Of a DNA stretch of 64,000 nucleotides, positions 54,990 to 64,000 are shown in pieces. The stretch is from NCBI GenBank assembly GCA_963666215.2, contig CAXWPL010000005.1, positions 1,115,818 to 1,179,817 on the forward strand. Direction: 5' to 3'. The translations under genes were made by a program, and so were the position numbers. The notes below the pieces were generated by a model that saw only the letters and a program-made list of their open reading frames with translations, ran no database searches and was not told the origin of the DNA. This stretch comes from Acidobacteriota bacterium (lineage in GTDB: Bacteria > Acidobacteriota > UBA890 > WLXD01). Position 1 is the first letter of the stretch; each line of letters starts with the position of its first letter.

Positions 54990-56573
54990 TCAATCGCCGA
55001 ACGTGACCCCCTGCGCCAGGGGCAGCTCGGTGCTCCAGTTGATGGTGTTGGTTTGCCGCCGCATGTAGACCTTCCAGGCGTCGGAACCCGACTCGCGACC
55101 GCCGCCGGTTTCTTTTTCGCCGCCGAAGGCCCCGCCGATCTCGGCGCCTGAGGTCCCGATGTTGACGTTGGCGATGCCGCAGTCGCTGCCGCGATGCGAC
55201 AGGAAGTTCTCGATCTCGCGGATGTTCTCCGAAAAGATCGCCGAAGACAGTCCCTGTGGAACATCGTTATGCAGGGCTATGGCCTCATAGATCTCGTCGA
55301 CCGCCTCGGATGGCGACGCCGCCACGTTGCCATAGCCGATGATGTACAGGATCGGCGCGAAGGTTTCCTCCTGGACGATCGCGGCCTCGTTGGGAGCGCT
55401 CGCGATACACGGCCGCACGTAATGGCCCCCCGGGTAGTCGGGACCGTCGAGCTTCTCGCCGCCGTAAAGGATCTCGCCACCTTCCTCTCGGATGCGGACG
55501 ATGGCGTTCTGCATGTCGTCAACGGCACCATGGTTGACAAGCGGCCCCATCAGCGTCTGCGGGTCACGCGGATCGCCGACGATGATGCCCTCGTAGGCCT
55601 TCACCAGCCGAGCCACGAGCTCATCGCGCACCGACTCGTGGACGATGATCCGGCGTGTCGACGTGCACCGCTGACCGGCGGTACCAACGGCGCCGAACAG
55701 AATCGCCCGCAACGCCAGATCCATGTTGGCGCTCGGCGTGACGATGATGGCGTTGTTGCCGCCAAGCTCGAGAATCGTGCTGCCAAGACGACGTCCAACA
55801 ACCTCGCCAACGTGATAGCCGACCGCGCACGATCCCGTGCACGAGATCAACGGCACCCGGCGGTCGTGCAGCATGCGCTCGCCGACGGCTGAGCCCTTGC
55901 CGATGGTCAACGAAAAGATCGCCGGGTCGACGTCGTTGTCGGCGCAAACCTGCGCGGCGATCTTGGTTACCGCAACCGCCGTCAAGGGCGTCCCGCTGGC
56001 CGGCTTCCACACCGTGCTGTCACCACAAACCGCCGCGATCGCTGTATTCCAGCTCCAGACTGCGACTGGAAAATTGAACGCCGTGATCACGCCAACGACT
56101 CCGAGCGGATGCCACTGCTCGTACATCCGGTGGTCCGGGCGCTCCGAGTGCATTGCCAGCCCGTAGAGCTGCCGCGACAGTCCGACAGCGAAGTCGCAGA
56201 TGTCGATCATTTCCTGCACCTCGCCCTGCCCCTCGGTGGCGATCTTGCCCATCTCGAGGGTCACCAGGGCGCCCAGCGCCTCTTTCTTCTCTCGCAGCGC
56301 GTTCCCGATCTGTCGAACGATTTCCCCGCGACGCGGCGCCGGCACCTTGCGCCACTCCAAGAACGCCTGGTGGGCGCGGTCGACGATGCGGTCGTACTCT
56401 TCCTCGGTGACCTGCTGGACCTTGCCGATCAGCGAGCCGTCGGTCGGGGTGAAGACCTCGAGCACGGGACCGGAACCTAACCACTCGCCATCGAAACCAC
56501 CGAGATTGAGCTCGTGGATACCGAGCGTCTCCAGGGTTGCGTGGGCGGGACGGGCTGCTACGGCTTCCGTCAT
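54990..56573 (-). CDS. aldehyde dehydrogenase, ALDH7/antiquitin-like (alpha-aminoadipic / piperideine-6-carboxylate semialdehyde dehydrogenase type)
   Basis: ATG at 56573 follows GAGGAA. FNFPVAVWSWN, WKPA, ELGGNNA and GTAGQRCTS (catalytic Cys) are present, with the C-terminal GAFGGEKETGGGRESGSDAWKVYMRR typical of ALDH7. Confidence 0.9.
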   Translation of the reverse strand: MTEAVAARPAHATLETLGIHELNLGGFDGEWLGSGPVLEVFTPTDGSLIGKVQQVTEEEYDRIVDRAHQAFLEWRKVPAPRRGEIVRQIGNALREKKEALGALVTLEMGKIATEGQGEVQEMIDICDFAVGLSRQLYGLAMHSERPDHRMYEQWHPLGVVGVITAFNFPVAVWSWNTAIAAVCGDSTVWKPASGTPLTAVAVTKIAAQVCADNDVDPAIFSLTIGKGSAVGERMLHDRRVPLISCTGSCAVGYHVGEVVGRRLGSTILELGGNNAIIVTPSANMDLALRAILFGAVGTAGQRCTSTRRIIVHESVRDELVARLVKAYEGIIVGDPRDPQTLMGPLVNHGAVDDMQNAIVRIREEGGEILYGGEKLDGPDYPGGHYVRPCIASAPNEAAIVQEETFAPILYIIGYGNVAASPSEAVDEIYEAIALHNDVPQGLSSAIFSENIREIENFLSHRGSDCGIANVNIGTSGAEIGGAFGGEKETGGGRESGSDAWKVYMRRQTNTINWSTELPLAQGVTFGD

Positions 56574-56788
56574 CGGGCGTTCCTCGAGTTCTGTTTTTTG
56601 TCGCAGGTGGAGAGCGCCATTATCCGGGCCTGTAGGCAGTTCAGCTAGTCGGCATGATCTCGGAGCCTGCCGCGGGTTCGGAGAGTCGACATACAATCGG
56701 AGGTGCTCGCGAGCATCGTCCGAGCAGCAACAAGTGCGCGAGTGGAGGACTAGCTGTACGAAAAGGCGTCGGATCCAAGGACGGCCGC

Positions 56789-57974
56789 GTGCTCGATAGA
56801 GAGCTGTCGAGCCTCCCCCGCAAGATCGAGGGCTACGACCTCGACGGGTGTGAGCTGACCTTGCGCATCGCCATGTTCTTGCCCCGCCTGAGCAAGCGGT
56901 CGCTGGGATGGCAGGTCGGTAACGATCTGGCTCGGCAGTTTCGCGAGCTTGGCCATGAGTTCGAGCTCATCAGCTGCGCCGGCGATGCTCTGCAAGACCG
57001 ACCCGGATCGACGGTTCTCTCCACCAGCCGGCTCTGGGAATGGGTCGACCGTGTGCTGGTGCCGTTGTCTCGTTGCCCGTGGCTGATCTCCAGCGCCATG
57101 GCCTTCGCCTCGTACCTGAGAGAGCACGGCGATGCCCACGATCTTCTTTACCTGGAAGTTGCCTATCCGCATGCCTCGGCTGGCGCGCTAGGTGCCGCCC
57201 TGGCCGGCTGGAAAGGGCCCCTGGTGATCAAACCCTCGGGCGAGGACACGCTCGTCATCGAGGACGCATCGTACGGGTTTCGGCGCTTCTGGCTGCCACG
57301 CGTGCTTGCACGCTGGACCCTGCGCCGAGCGGCCGCGCTACGCGTGATCTCCCCGTTGATCGAGCCCTATCTGGTCGAGCAGGCGCCAGCGCCCATGCGC
57401 CAGATCATCCCGTCCAACGTTTCGCGCGGCACGGTGGCTGCGGCCCGGGTGGGCGACGACGAGTCAAGGCGCCGCCGAAGAAAGGCCCGCGCCACGCTCG
57501 ACGATGCGCATGGCACCCATGGAAAGACCGTCGTGCTGTCGGTCGGCCGACTTCATCCTTTCAAGGGCCTCGATCTGCTGATCGCCGCCATGCGATCGCT
57601 GCCACACCACCACCTGATGATTGCCGGCCCGTCGTTCAGCATTCGGGGCCTCGGCGATGTGGCCGACTCGCTGCGGCGCGAGGCCGAGCATCAGGGCGTT
57701 GCCGAACGGGTCCAGCTTCTCGGGGCAATTGATGCCGTGCGTGGTCACCGAGACCACCGGAATCTCCCACTGGCTCCCGACACCCACGGTCGGCAGGGTT
57801 GTTCCGCCGAACAATCCGGAAGCCATTGCGGCCGCCGTCCAGGAGCTCACCGCGGGTAACTCCCCGTTCAGTCGCCCGCACGCGCGCGTATTTGTCGAAC
57901 GCTTCGCGCCGGAGCGCGTCGCCGCCGAGCTGGCCGCCCTCTGTCAGTCGGTTGTGTCGGCCAAGCCCGAGTAG
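56789..57974 (+). pseudogene. GT4-type (family 1 fold GT-B) glycosyltransferase with an apparent internal deletion plus frameshift near 57721-57735
   Basis: The first frame reads LRIAMFLP... VVLSVGRLHPFKGLDLLIAAM ... AERVQLLG and then loses homology. The second frame (track ORF 57621..57974) resumes at QLMPCVVTETTGISHWLPTPTVGRVVPPNNPEAIAAAVQEL. The usual ~30 aa between them (…PS..E.FG…) are missing. The start is uncertain (56789, 56861 or 56873). Confidence 0.5.
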
Positions 57975-58136
57975 GAAGCGGCAACGTTACCGCGACCGCC
58001 GTGACACGATCGCGGCGGCGTACAATCGTGCCGTCCACAGATTGCCGGACGCGCCCGAGGCGAGCGACAATCGGAGCCCTAGCTCGTGCCGCTCAGGACG
58101 AACCCGCGCCCTGAGCGGCGACTGAGAGGATGGAAC

Positions 58137-59192
58137 GTGCTGTACGAGAAGGTGTCGGATCTAACGGTGGAGATCGCCGGGTACCGGCTCGAGCCGCGCC
58201 TGCTCGGCGGCACGATGTTCACTCGGCATACTACGACGGTCGTTCTTGAAGGCGGCGGGCGCGTGGGCCGTGGTGAGGACGTCGACTACGACGCGAACGA
58301 CCAGCTCGCGTTTCAGAACGAGGGACTCTCACTGCCGCTCGCCGGCACCTGGACAATCGACAGCTTCTCGCGACACCTCGATGGTCTCGACCTGTTTCCG
58401 ATAGGTCCCGCCCGTCCGGACTACGCGCTCTACCGCCGCTGGGCGTTCGAGAGCGCAGCCCTCGAGCTGGCACTCGAGCAGGCTGGACGGACGCTGGGCG
58501 AAGCGCTGAAGATCGATCCTCGCCCGGTCCGGTTCGTTGTCTCGATGGGGCTGGGCTCGCCCGCCAGCACTGAGGGCGTCGAGCGTTGCCTCGAGAAGTA
58601 TCCGGCGACCCGCTTCAAGGTCGACGTGTCGTCGAGCTGGGACCAGCCGCTGGTCCGCCGCTTGGCCGATCTCGGGGTCATCGACACCGTCGACCTCAAG
58701 GGCCACTACCATGGCGACTTCGAGGGGCCGCCGCCCGATCTCGACCAGTATCGCCTCGTCTGCGAAGGGCTACCCGATGCTGTGGTCGAGGATCCGGCAT
58801 CGACGCCCGAGACCGCCCACCTGATTGAAGCGCACCAGCATCGACTGGCCTGGGACGCGCCGATTCATTCGGTTTCGGACATCGTCCAGCTGCCCTGGAA
58901 GCCGCCGTGGATGAACATCAAGCCGTCGCGCTTCGGCTTCGTCTCGGAGCTGCTGCGAGCCTACGAGTACTGCCAGGGCGCCGGCATCCGGATGTATGGC
59001 GGTGGTCAGTTCGAGCTCGGTCACGGCCGACTGCAGAACCAGGCGCTCGCCAGCCTGTTCCACCCCGATGGGCCCAACGATGTGGCGCCGACCGGCTACA
59101 ACGAGGCCGAAATGGCGATCGGCCTCGAATGCAGCCCGCTGCCCGTGGAGGTGTTCGCCAGCGCGTTCGGGAGCCGCGGAGCCGACGACTGA
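58137..59192 (+). CDS. divergent enolase-superfamily (MR/MLE-like barrel) protein, function unknown
   Basis: GTG at 58137 follows GAGAGGA. The motifs are spaced like the enolase barrel: RFKVDVSSSWD, VDLKGHY, AVVEDP, LAWDAP, MNIKPSRFG, YGGGQFELGHGRLQNQALASL. The assignment rests on motif spacing only. Confidence 0.45.
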   Translation: MLYEKVSDLTVEIAGYRLEPRLLGGTMFTRHTTTVVLEGGGRVGRGEDVDYDANDQLAFQNEGLSLPLAGTWTIDSFSRHLDGLDLFPIGPARPDYALYRRWAFESAALELALEQAGRTLGEALKIDPRPVRFVVSMGLGSPASTEGVERCLEKYPATRFKVDVSSSWDQPLVRRLADLGVIDTVDLKGHYHGDFEGPPPDLDQYRLVCEGLPDAVVEDPASTPETAHLIEAHQHRLAWDAPIHSVSDIVQLPWKPPWMNIKPSRFGFVSELLRAYEYCQGAGIRMYGGGQFELGHGRLQNQALASLFHPDGPNDVAPTGYNEAEMAIGLECSPLPVEVFASAFGSRGADD

Positions 59193-59274
59193 GAGTCCTC
59201 CACCTCCCCCACCGAGGCTACGGCCCGCAGCCCTTGGAACGCCGGGAGCACTGCGGCACCACAAGGCCTCTCGT

Positions 59275-60183
59275 ATGAGCTCGAGCGCCCGCATGCGTCG
59301 CCTTCTGACGCCCGGCGCCCGCTACATGCTTGGCGCAGCTCTGGGCTTCGCGCTCATGGGCGCGCTCGTCAAGCTCGTCGGCCGGCGCATCCCGAGCCAG
59401 GAGATCGTTCTGGCTCGAGCGGTTGTGTCGGTGTTTCTGAGCTATTCGTTCGTGCGCCGCGCCGGGGTGCCGGTGTTGGGGACCCAGCGTGGACTTCTGT
59501 TGCTGCGCGGCACATTCGGCACCTGCGGGCTGATGATGCTGTTCTACGCGTTCACGCGGCTGCCGTATGCCGAGGCCACGGTGCTGCAGTACACCCACCC
59601 CATCTTCACGACGATCTTCGCGGCGATGGTTCTCGGTGAGGCGATCGGCGCCGGCCTGATGATGTCGATTGGTACCAGTCTCGTCGGCGTCATGTTGGTC
59701 ACCAAGCCTCAGGCTCTGCTCGGGCTCATGGGAAGCGTCGGAGGGGAGCTCGACGGGCTCGCAGCGGCTGCCGCCCTTGGCGCCGCAGTTTGCAGCGCAT
59801 CCGCGTACGTGACCGTGCGCCATCTGAGCCGTACCGAAAACCCCCACGTGATCGTTCTCTACTTCCCTCTGGTCGCGGTACCGGCAACGCTCCCGTTCGT
59901 GCTTGCCAACCCCGTCTGGCCGACACCCTTCGAGTGGCTCTGCCTGGCGGGAATCGGCGTTCTCACGCAAGTCGCCCAGATCTGCCTGACCCAAGGGCTG
60001 TCGCTCGAGCCAGCGGGCCGTGCGATGTCGCTCGCCTACGGCCAGATCGTGTTCGCGGCGGTGCTGGGAGCGATGTTCTTCGGCGAGATCCCCGACCTGT
60101 GGACCGCGGCCGGAACCATTCTCATCGTGGGCGGAACGCTGATCGCCGCTCGCTCGTCGGCCAGGGCCCGGGCAACCGAGTAA
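59275..60183 (+). CDS. DMT-superfamily (EamA-like) transporter
   Basis: The start MSSSARMRRLL is at 59275 (the track ORF is longer). Ten TM helices form two EamA-like halves. Confidence 0.8.
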   Translation: MSSSARMRRLLTPGARYMLGAALGFALMGALVKLVGRRIPSQEIVLARAVVSVFLSYSFVRRAGVPVLGTQRGLLLLRGTFGTCGLMMLFYAFTRLPYAEATVLQYTHPIFTTIFAAMVLGEAIGAGLMMSIGTSLVGVMLVTKPQALLGLMGSVGGELDGLAAAAALGAAVCSASAYVTVRHLSRTENPHVIVLYFPLVAVPATLPFVLANPVWPTPFEWLCLAGIGVLTQVAQICLTQGLSLEPAGRAMSLAYGQIVFAAVLGAMFFGEIPDLWTAAGTILIVGGTLIAARSSARARATE

Positions 60184-60213
60184 CCGCCGCGCGTGGAAGC
60201 GCTTCTTGCGGAG

Positions 60214-61629
60214 TCAGCCCAACGGGAGGCCGATCGGCCGAGCCTTTTGCACGATCGCCGCGGCGCCGAGAACCGCTCCCTCTCCGCGCGGCCGACCGAC
60301 GATCTGCAACCCCACGGGCAATCCGCCGCCGTCGAGACCGCACGGGACCGACGCCACCGGGAGGCCGGTGTTGCTGAGCAGGAAGGTCGGTGCCACCCAG
60401 TCGATGTAGGTCTCCATCAGCTTGCCTGCAATCGTTTCCGGGAAGCTCTGCTCGACCGGGAACGGCGGCACCGTCATGGTGGGCGTCACGACGTGGTCGA
60501 AGCGAGAAAACAGCGTCAGCAGTTGATCCCACATCTCGCCGCGCTTCTGCTCGGCGGCGGCGAGCTCTAGCGTCGTCACTTCCAACCCGGCGTCGATGTT
60601 GCCGCGCAGGTTGTCGCCGAACTCGCCTCGGCGATCGAGGCGTCGATGCTGCTGCACCACCATCCAGTGCCCGCGCAGCGCCAGGAAAGCGTCGCGAGCG
60701 TCGGAAAAGTCGAGGTCGATCTCCTCCACGCTCGCACCAGCGGAGCGAAGATCGTCGATCGCCGCTCGGCACACGGCTTCCACCTCTGCGTCGATACCGA
60801 TGCCCGCGATGTCGGGGCAGTACGCCAACCGCAACCGATCCGGCCGGACCGCGGCGAGCTCGGCCGGCAGATCGCGACCGTCGAGCGCCACCCCCAGCGG
60901 CGCCCGGTGGCTCGGGCCTGCCACGGCCTGCACGCCAATCGCCACGTCCTCCGCCGTGCGCGCCATCAGGCCGGTGACCTGCATCGTGTCCCACGGGTAC
61001 TCCGTGGGCCACGTCGGCACCAGCCCGGGAGTCGGACGCAATCCGACGACGCCGCAGAAGGAGGCCGGTATGCGCAGCGAGCCGCCGAGGTCGGTGCCCT
61101 CGGCCAGCGCGATCATGCGAGCCGCCAGCGCCGCCGCACCGCCGCCGGTGGAACCGCCGGCGCTGAGCTCTTCGTTCCAAGGATTGCGGGTCACGCCGAA
61201 AACGTCGTTGAACGTGTTGCCCCCCGTAGCGAACTCGGGCGTGTTCGTCTTGCCCAGCACAATGGCGCCGGCGGCCCGCAGCCGCTCGACCACCACGGCG
61301 TCCTCCGTCGCGACATTGTCGGAGTACAGCGTGCAACCGTAGGTGTGCCTCAGCCCCGCCACCGGCGTGACGTCCTTGATGCCAACCGGCAGCCCGCACA
61401 AGGGCCCTGGCTCCAACCCGCTGGCGAGCTCGCGCTCCAGAGCTTCGGCGTCATCGAGCGCGGACGACGACACCGTCACCAGAGCGTTCAGGCGCCCATT
61501 GTGCTCCTCGACGCGCTCGAGATACGCCTGAACCACCTCGACCGGCGACAGCTCCCGCGCCACGATCCGTCGTCGCGTTTCAGCGGCACCGAGTGCCGTG
61601 ATCTCGCTGGATGTGTTCGTTGTGCTCAC
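60214..61629 (-). CDS. amidase-signature (AS) family amidase
   Basis: GLPVGIKD, GKTNTPEF, GGSTGGGAAALAA and GTDLGGSLRIPASFCG (Ser-cisSer-Lys triad context) are present. The likely GTG start is at 61629. Confidence 0.85.
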   Translation of the reverse strand: MSTTNTSSEITALGAAETRRRIVARELSPVEVVQAYLERVEEHNGRLNALVTVSSSALDDAEALERELASGLEPGPLCGLPVGIKDVTPVAGLRHTYGCTLYSDNVATEDAVVVERLRAAGAIVLGKTNTPEFATGGNTFNDVFGVTRNPWNEELSAGGSTGGGAAALAARMIALAEGTDLGGSLRIPASFCGVVGLRPTPGLVPTWPTEYPWDTMQVTGLMARTAEDVAIGVQAVAGPSHRAPLGVALDGRDLPAELAAVRPDRLRLAYCPDIAGIGIDAEVEAVCRAAIDDLRSAGASVEEIDLDFSDARDAFLALRGHWMVVQQHRRLDRRGEFGDNLRGNIDAGLEVTTLELAAAEQKRGEMWDQLLTLFSRFDHVVTPTMTVPPFPVEQSFPETIAGKLMETYIDWVAPTFLLSNTGLPVASVPCGLDGGGLPVGLQIVGRPRGEGAVLGAAAIVQKARPIGLPLG

Positions 61630-61739
61630 GCTACTCGTCCTGGGCTCATTCGCTGCTCGCGCTAGGAGCGCTGGAACGAAGTGTCGCCTACCTGTCGTCG
61701 ATCGTCGAGCGCTCGTCGCGCCGCAGGAGAGATGCCGCC

Positions 61740-61780
61740 TTGACATGAAATATCCACATCGGACATATCTGTCGTGGATA
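61740..61780. promoter_or_regulatory. TTGACA box followed by inverted repeat TATCCAC-N16-GTGGATA in the amidase/PadR divergent region
   Basis: TTGACA lies at 61740-61745, TATCCAC at 61751-61757 and GTGGATA at 61774-61780. This is a candidate PadR operator/promoter, on pattern only. Confidence 0.3.
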
Positions 61781-61824
61781 AATCACCGTGCGTGCACCCG
61801 ATTCTCCGCGACAGGACCCTTACG

Positions 61825-62181
61825 ATGACGATACCGGCCCGGATCGACCCTGTGACGGCGCCGCTCACACCGGCGGCTTTTCACATCCTGCTGGCGCTGG
61901 TCGACGCGCGGTTACACGGGCTCGGAATCGCCGATGCGGTGGAACAACTCACCGATGGTGACATGCAGCTCGGGCCGGGCACCCTGTACCGGTCATTGAA
62001 GGAGCTCGCCGCCGTCGGCCTGCTGCGCGAAGCCGCGGCGCCCACCGCAGGCGACGATCCGCGGCGCAAGTACTACGAGCTCACCGACCCGGGTCGCGAG
62101 CAGCTCGAGCTGGAGGCGCGACGACTCGAGCGCATCGTCGACGCCGCGCGCCAGCGACGTGTGCTGCAGGACGAGGCTTAG
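61825..62181 (+). CDS. PadR-family transcriptional regulator
   Basis: FHILLALVDARLHGLGIADAVEQLTDGDMQLGPGTLYRSLKELAAVGLL...KYYELTDPGREQL is present. The ATG start is at 61825. Confidence 0.8.
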   Translation: MTIPARIDPVTAPLTPAAFHILLALVDARLHGLGIADAVEQLTDGDMQLGPGTLYRSLKELAAVGLLREAAAPTAGDDPRRKYYELTDPGREQLELEARRLERIVDAARQRRVLQDEA

Positions 62182-62185
62182 GGTC

Positions 62186-62506
62186 ATGCAAGCGATGCTT
62201 GGAGAGGGCAGCCCCGTCAGCATGGGTGAGCGGTTGTACCGAGTGATGCTGTTCGCCTACCCGATTCGATTCCGCCGGCAGTACGGCGCCGAGATGTTGG
62301 CGTTCGCGCGCGCCCGCAGCGCCCGAGCTGCCGGCTCGGGTGAACGATTCGACCGTGTGCGCGTGTGGTGGTTCCTGTTGCGTGACCTGTCGACGAACGC
62401 CTTCGCAGCGCTCGTGGTCGAACATGGCGTTCGTGAGCTCTGGACCCTCGACCGAGACTTCCAGCGCTTCCCGGGAGTTCGCGCAATCGACCCGTTCGCC
62501 GACTAG
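62186..62506 (+). pseudogene. N-terminal fragment of an ADOP/MacB-type permease (permease-prefix region only)
   Basis: MGERLYRVMLFAYPIRFRRQYGAEMLAFARAR...VRVWWFLLRDLSTNAF is the cytoplasmic prefix that normally precedes the FtsX-type TM domains after a PadR gene. The ORF ends about 100 aa in, with no TM or MacB domain. Confidence 0.45.
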
Positions 62507-62616
62507 TAGCCACTCGGCACAGAAAATCGGTAAGGCACCCTCACCGTGACAACGGATGCGGGCAACATTGCGACACGTCGGCCTCCTCGGGTGCAGCAAG
62601 CCGGTGCAGGCCCGCG

Positions 62617-62937
62617 CTACACCTCCACGAACGCGACCGCGCGGCAGAAGGCGGCTTCGCCGCCCTTGAACAGCCACGGGGAGATGCCGATCGTCAGCCG
62701 CTGATTCTGCAGCTCGGGGGCGTTGATCTGCCCACCCAGGTTCTCGACGTGAATGCAATCGTGCGGGAACAGAGCGTTGTGCGTGAGCTGGTAGTCCGAC
62801 TCGGGAAACAGCTCGGCCACGCCCTCGGGTCCGCCTAACTTCTCCTCGCACAGGGCGCGCACACGGTCGCAATGGTTGAACATGCCCTTGCCGAGGAAGC
62901 GGCCGATGGGCAGATTCATCGGATGGTCGGTCGACAC
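62617..62937 (-). pseudogene. C-terminal remnant of a putative-cyclase/arylformamidase (KynB-like) family protein
   Basis: THNALFPHDCIHVENLGGQINAPELQNQRLTIGISPWLFKGGEAAFCRAVAFVEV matches the family C-terminus (…HxxLF…I.ENL.NL…L.ALPL.L.G.DG.P.RA.A). The N-terminal about 150 aa with HxGTHxD is absent, and the upstream DNA is non-coding and AT-rich. Confidence 0.5.
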
Positions 62938-63143
62938 CGCGGCGTGTTTCCCACGGCTCGGAACTATACAACCGGTGCGCGAACACGACTGGTCGGAAAA
63001 AAAAACGAAACCTGGGCCGAACCCGGGGCGTCTCTACAGATACCCCAACGGACTACATTGCATATCGCATAGCCCACAATGCAGACTGTGCGCGTCGAAC
63101 AAACCCGCACCGCCATCGTCCACCACTCGACAGGACGCAGACC

Positions 63144-63470
63144 ATGGCACCGAAGACGCATCTCGGTGAATTCGAGCAGATGCTGCTACTGGCGATCCTG
63201 CGCTGCGGCGAGAGCGCCTACGGCGTCGAAGTCCGTCGCGAGCTCGAAACCTGCACGGCACGCAGTGTGACGCGCGGCGCCTTCTACACCACGCTCGACC
63301 GACTCGAGTCCAAGGGCTACTTGGAGTGGACGACGCGCGCCGTCGACGGCTGGCGTGGCGGCCGACCCCAGCGACACTTCGAGGTGACCGAGGAGGGCCT
63401 GGAACAGCTCCATCGCTCGCACGAAGCGCTGATGAACCTCTGGAGCGGCCTCGAGGTGTTCAAAGCGTGA
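63144..63470 (+). CDS. PadR-family transcriptional regulator
   Basis: LLLAILRCGESAYGVEVRRELETCTARSVTRGAFYTTLDRLESKGYLE...HFEVTEEGLEQL is present. Confidence 0.85.
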   Translation: MAPKTHLGEFEQMLLLAILRCGESAYGVEVRRELETCTARSVTRGAFYTTLDRLESKGYLEWTTRAVDGWRGGRPQRHFEVTEEGLEQLHRSHEALMNLWSGLEVFKA

Positions 63471-63472
63471 CG

Positions 63473-64000
63473 ATGCCCGACCGCAACGCGCAACGCGACG
63501 AGCTCCCGAACCGGCGGCACCAGCACCCATCGGAGCCGTCTCGAGGGCCGCTCCGGCGGCCGCCCGCCGCAGCCGAGAAGCTGCTGCGCCAGGTACTCCC
63601 CGTCGGTCTGGTTGGCGAGACGATCCTCGGAGACCTGCACCAGGAGCTCGAGGAACGAGCCCGACAACGGTGACCGTTCCTCAGCCTTTGGTACTGGTGG
63701 CACGCGCTGGAGCTGGCCGCCCGCTATGCCGCACAAAGCCACCGAGGCTCACACGACCGAATCTCACTGAAGAATTCACCGCACGAATCCATCCACATCA
63801 GGGAGCCCGAACCCGTGACCAGCCTGATTTCCGACCTGCGCTACGGCGCTCGAATGCTGCTCAAGACCCCGCTCGTAACAGGCGCCGCGATTCTCACCCT
63901 GGCGCTCGGGGTTGGGCTGACCGTTCAGACCTTCAGCGTGGTGTACGGCTCGGTGATGCGTGGTCTACCGCTCGAAGCCGACGAGCGCTTGATGAGCGTC
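63473..64000 (+). pseudogene. ADOP/MacB-type (FtsX-like) permease, 5' part, with an in-frame TGA at 63671-63673; continues past the right edge
   Basis: The same frame reads ...AEKLLRQVLPVGLVGETILGDLHQELEERARQR*PFLSLWYWWHALELAARY...LISDLRYGARMLLKTPLVTGAAILTLALGVGLTVQTFSVVYGSVMRG. This is the standard prefix plus first TM of these permeases. The frame is open to nt 64000. Confidence 0.65.

Noticed and set aside
62997-63030. An A9 run followed by a CCTGGG-CCGAA-CCCGGG hairpin, considered as an intrinsic terminator.
   Set aside because: On the strand where the U-tract would follow the stem (minus), the stem contains a C-A mismatch and no gene ends upstream of it. On the plus strand the A-run precedes the stem. 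It is more likely debris of the deletion that truncated the neighbouring genes.
1-64000. Scan for CRISPR arrays, rRNA and tRNA genes, and recognisable defence cassettes (restriction-modification, toxin-antitoxin, CBASS-like).
   Set aside because: I saw no regularly spaced direct repeats, no cloverleaf-like or rRNA-like conserved stretches in the intergenic regions, and no hallmark defence domains. The nucleotidyltransferase at 18870 belongs, by motif, to the NTP_transf_5-type family rather than the CD-NTase or MNT types. This was a visual scan only, so small RNAs could have been missed.

Overview
The window is high-GC (roughly two-thirds G+C by eye) bacterial chromosomal DNA. It is densely coding on both strands, with about 60 protein genes. 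I saw no rRNA, tRNA or CRISPR array. All calls come from reading the supplied ORF translations and the nucleotide sequence for remembered family motifs. No database search was run.

Gene content:
- Housekeeping and accessory metabolism: Kup K+ transporter, BolA plus monothiol glutaredoxin, ALDH7-like aldehyde dehydrogenase, amidase, amidohydrolase, PLP decarboxylase, GcvT-like protein, and two tandem CrtI-like flavoproteins.
- One tightly packed minus-strand gene string (10526-18705), plausibly an operon: Zn-ADH, a lipoprotein, a TAT-signal Gfo/Idh/MocA oxidoreductase, two DUF1080 proteins, a DUF1232 protein, an SGNH-esterase/BNR-sialidase fusion and a NanA/DapA-like protein.
- An exopolysaccharide-type operon (receiver, HEAT-repeat membrane protein, processive-type GT2, TPR + YaiO-type outer-membrane barrel). 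A very unusual triple-PTP-like/polyprenol-kinase-like fusion protein follows it. An HD-GYP response regulator and a large GGDEF sensor lie on the other side. This is the best candidate for an undescribed system.
- One complete IS481-family element with 25-bp inverted repeats and a CCTAGC target duplication.
- A 176-184-bp MITE-like inverted-repeat element.

At least ten short or accessory genes carry discrete lesions (frameshifts, a 7-bp tandem duplication, two in-frame TGA codons, truncations), while all the long ORFs I examined appear uninterrupted.

The PadR + ADOP-type permease modules, DUF1080/Gfo-Idh-MocA genes and BNR sialidase suggest an Acidobacteriota/Gemmatimonadota-like organism. 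That is inference only.
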